Of a stretch of DNA of 64,000 bases, positions 62,000-64,000 are shown piece by piece. Below the pieces are notes generated by a model, which did no database searches, was not told where the DNA came from, and saw nothing but the letters and a program-made list of their open reading frames with translations. The translations under genes and the position numbers were made by a program. The stretch comes from Candidatus Kapaibacterium sp. GTDB lineage: Bacteria > Bacteroidota > Ignavibacteria > Palsa-1295. The stretch covers positions 24,875 to 88,874 of the forward strand of contig JBBSDW010000001.1 of NCBI GenBank assembly GCA_038240295.1, written 5' to 3'. Numbering within the stretch: position 1 is the first letter of the stretch; the number at the start of each line of letters is the position of its first letter.

Positions 62000-63673
62000 T
62001 CAGCAGAGTTGAAAGTCGGGCAGTTCGCTGATGGTTGTCAGCACCTGACGCATGTTGCTTGCCGCAGTCGATGGACTTTGCAGGATCGTTGGCCATTCAT
62101 ACGACGGTGCGTTCCCGGTCAGCTTATTGAGCAGATCGGTCGATCGCTGCGCCGAAAGTGCTCTTGGCAAAAGCAATGCGGCGACGTTCGTGATCAGCTT
62201 TTGTGCCTCAGTATAATTCGGGAATTGCATGATGAACGCAGTAACGGTTGCGTCGTCGAGCGCCGCGATAGCAGCTGTCGCGACGTTCGCGCGAACCGGA
62301 TAGGTCGTCGTCGTGATCCAATCGTGCCAGCCCGGCCAGCCGCTCACATTCGGCGGATTGAAGAGCGTCTGACCGAGACTAACCATCGTGGTATCGATGT
62401 TGAGTTTTGGAGCGATCTGTCTGGCGAACCCAACCGAAAATTCGGCCGGTGTTTTGATCTGCGCACCGATGTTCGCATTATCGAAAAAGTGTGCACTCTT
62501 TAGCAGCGCACTCATCACCGGTTTGATCGAAAAATTATTTTGCACCAGCAGATCCGCCATCGCCTGAACGACAAGCATATCGGATGAGGAAGGATTGCTA
62601 TAGACAAAGAACTGATAGAGCTTCGTCGAAATAAAGAGCGCAGCCGCCGAAGCGCGAACGGAGAAAAGCGTATCGATCAATTTTTGAACTTCTTCCTGCC
62701 GCACGATATATTCGGTGTTCGTCGTCGCATCGCGCGCGGGGAAGCTCACGCCGAGCAATTCCTTTTGGCCGATGTCATGCTGATCGGGCAGAAAGTACGT
62801 ATTGAAGATCTGGTTCGGTGCCGGCTCGTTGCTATACTGCGCGATGCGCCAGCCGGTAAGGATCCGGGCGGCGTTCTTCACGTCGCCTTCGGTGTATTGT
62901 CCGAGACCGATGGTAAAAAGCTCCATCAGCTCGCGCGCATAATTCTCGTTCGGAACGCCAACGGAGTTTTGATTACCTCCGAGATAATCGAGCATTCCAC
63001 CATCGAGCGTCATGCTCATTGCAAGATCGTTGAATTTTTCAAGACCATGCTGGCGAAAGTGATCGTTCTGCCGATAGAGTAACGGCGCCACGACATACGA
63101 TTGATCGGCAACGAACTGCGTCGTGAAATGTCCCGACCAGAACATCGTCATCTTCTCCGCGATCGTTGTACCTGCATCGCGCATGACGCCGGCAAACCAT
63201 GTACGAAGCGTTGCGGCATCCGCCGCCCATTTGGCCTCGAGTTGGCCGATGAGGACAGTATCGAGACCGTTCGTATTTGTCGTAAGCGAATCGGCAACCG
63301 CTGGCCTTGCAGGAGTGCTGGGTGTATTGAGTAGTAGATCTACAGCGTCCGATGGAGTGAGCGCACTGAGCGCCGCCATGTTTGCCCAGGTCGGCAGCAT
63401 CGTGGTTCTGCGTAGCAGGTGACCAATGCGTATCAGATCGCTATTCCACGGTTCGGATCCCGATGGCACATAGGGATCGAGTCCGGTACTTAGCGGACGA
63501 TTGATCGAACTGGTAGGTACGAAGTTCGCACCGGTTGCACCGGCTACACGTGTCAGAAAGGATCTGCGGTCCATAAAAGCCTGATAGACATCGCCAGCTG
63601 CCAAGGCAATCGGCAGCATAGCGAAAATGAAAATTAAATTTCCTGCAAACAGGAGCAGGAAGCGACAACACAA
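62000..63673 (-). CDS. DUF1800-family protein, usual partner of DUF1501
   Basis: DUF1800 pattern. Probable true start at MDRRSFLTRVAG (Tat-like). Confidence 0.7.
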   Translation of the reverse strand: MCCRFLLLFAGNLIFIFAMLPIALAAGDVYQAFMDRRSFLTRVAGATGANFVPTSSINRPLSTGLDPYVPSGSEPWNSDLIRIGHLLRRTTMLPTWANMAALSALTPSDAVDLLLNTPSTPARPAVADSLTTNTNGLDTVLIGQLEAKWAADAATLRTWFAGVMRDAGTTIAEKMTMFWSGHFTTQFVADQSYVVAPLLYRQNDHFRQHGLEKFNDLAMSMTLDGGMLDYLGGNQNSVGVPNENYARELMELFTIGLGQYTEGDVKNAARILTGWRIAQYSNEPAPNQIFNTYFLPDQHDIGQKELLGVSFPARDATTNTEYIVRQEEVQKLIDTLFSVRASAAALFISTKLYQFFVYSNPSSSDMLVVQAMADLLVQNNFSIKPVMSALLKSAHFFDNANIGAQIKTPAEFSVGFARQIAPKLNIDTTMVSLGQTLFNPPNVSGWPGWHDWITTTTYPVRANVATAAIAALDDATVTAFIMQFPNYTEAQKLITNVAALLLPRALSAQRSTDLLNKLTGNAPSYEWPTILQSPSTAASNMRQVLTTISELPDFQLC

Positions 63674-64000
63674 TAAAAACCGAGCGTTTTCCTGTAGAGC
63701 GATAGATGCCGCTCCTATGAATAACCCGTGAAAAGCGCAGAAGTTACTTACGGGCGGTTCGGAAGCTCATCGCAAGCAAAGCAAAACAAGAAACGCTAGA
63801 GCAAGAAACTCCGAGCAAGAAGGAATCGAGTGTTACGGCAAACTTCGATCAACAGCAACCGCCCTCCGAGCATCCTAACTCCGGTGCAACGCCTCAAATT
63901 CTCGCAATGATTCCACAGTGTCCCGCCGCATTTGCGCAATGCAGAACGATCCCAAACAGCATCAGACGTTCACGTTTGAATGCATTTTTTGCCAGAGCTT

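Noticed and set aside
1-64000. CRISPR arrays, rRNA genes, IS transposases, integrases
   Set aside because: No spacer-repeat arrays, no rRNA-like conserved stretches and no transposase or integrase motifs were seen in any frame. The only tRNA found is tRNA-Leu at 41855-41939.

Overview
This 64 kb window looks like part of the chromosome of an aerobic FCB-group bacterium (Bacteroidota, Rhodothermota or Ignavibacteriota-like). The evidence is three proteins ending in type-IX-secretion C-terminal sorting domains (NYPNPF motif) and an alternative complex III (actABCDEF) operon directly joined to a caa3 cytochrome c oxidase operon. Coding density is high, genes are mostly on the minus strand, and GC is roughly 55-60%, which produces many spurious antisense ORFs.

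Supported content, in order along the window:
- An ECF sigma / anti-sigma / outer-membrane-protein operon.
- An orphan sigma-54 (NtrC-type) response regulator.
- An arylsulfotransferase-like protein with a T9SS C-terminal domain.
- A 12.8 kb ACIII-Sco-caa3 respiratory supercluster.
- A second small ECF sigma gene interrupted by an in-frame TGA.
- A cytochrome b / molybdopterin oxidoreductase fusion (MsrPQ-like).
- A CoA-binding protein and a DAHP synthase.
- A YciE/YciF-like ferritin-fold protein next to a large-subunit catalase.
- A HipA-like kinase / DUF3037 pair.
- A large YfhO-like membrane protein.
- A DUF559 endonuclease bracketed by roughly 45 bp inverted repeats.
- An SDR oxidoreductase, a PIN-toxin/antitoxin pair, homogentisate 1,2-dioxygenase, an MmcQ/YjbR protein and a MATE transporter.
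- tRNA-Leu(UAA) with an adjacent lower-GC islet that encodes a Cys/His/Asp protein and a secreted trypsin-like protease with a coiled coil.
- A czcCBA-type heavy-metal RND efflux operon, a GAF-type methionine-(R)-sulfoxide reductase and an OmpA-family protein.
- A 1646-aa LamG/beta-sandwich T9SS surface protein.
- A DUF1501/DUF1800 pair in which DUF1501 carries both a twin-arginine signal and a T9SS C-terminal domain.

No rRNA, CRISPR array or classical IS transposase was seen. The most unusual loci are, in my judgement:
- the HipA-like/DUF3037 pair;
- the inverted-repeat-flanked DUF559 cassette;
- the tRNA-adjacent low-GC protease islet;
- the opal-interrupted ECF sigma gene;
- the heptanucleotide GACRCCN tandem repeat in a divergent promoter region;
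- the Tat-plus-T9SS DUF1501 protein.

All functional calls are from reading motifs in the translations. No database search was run.
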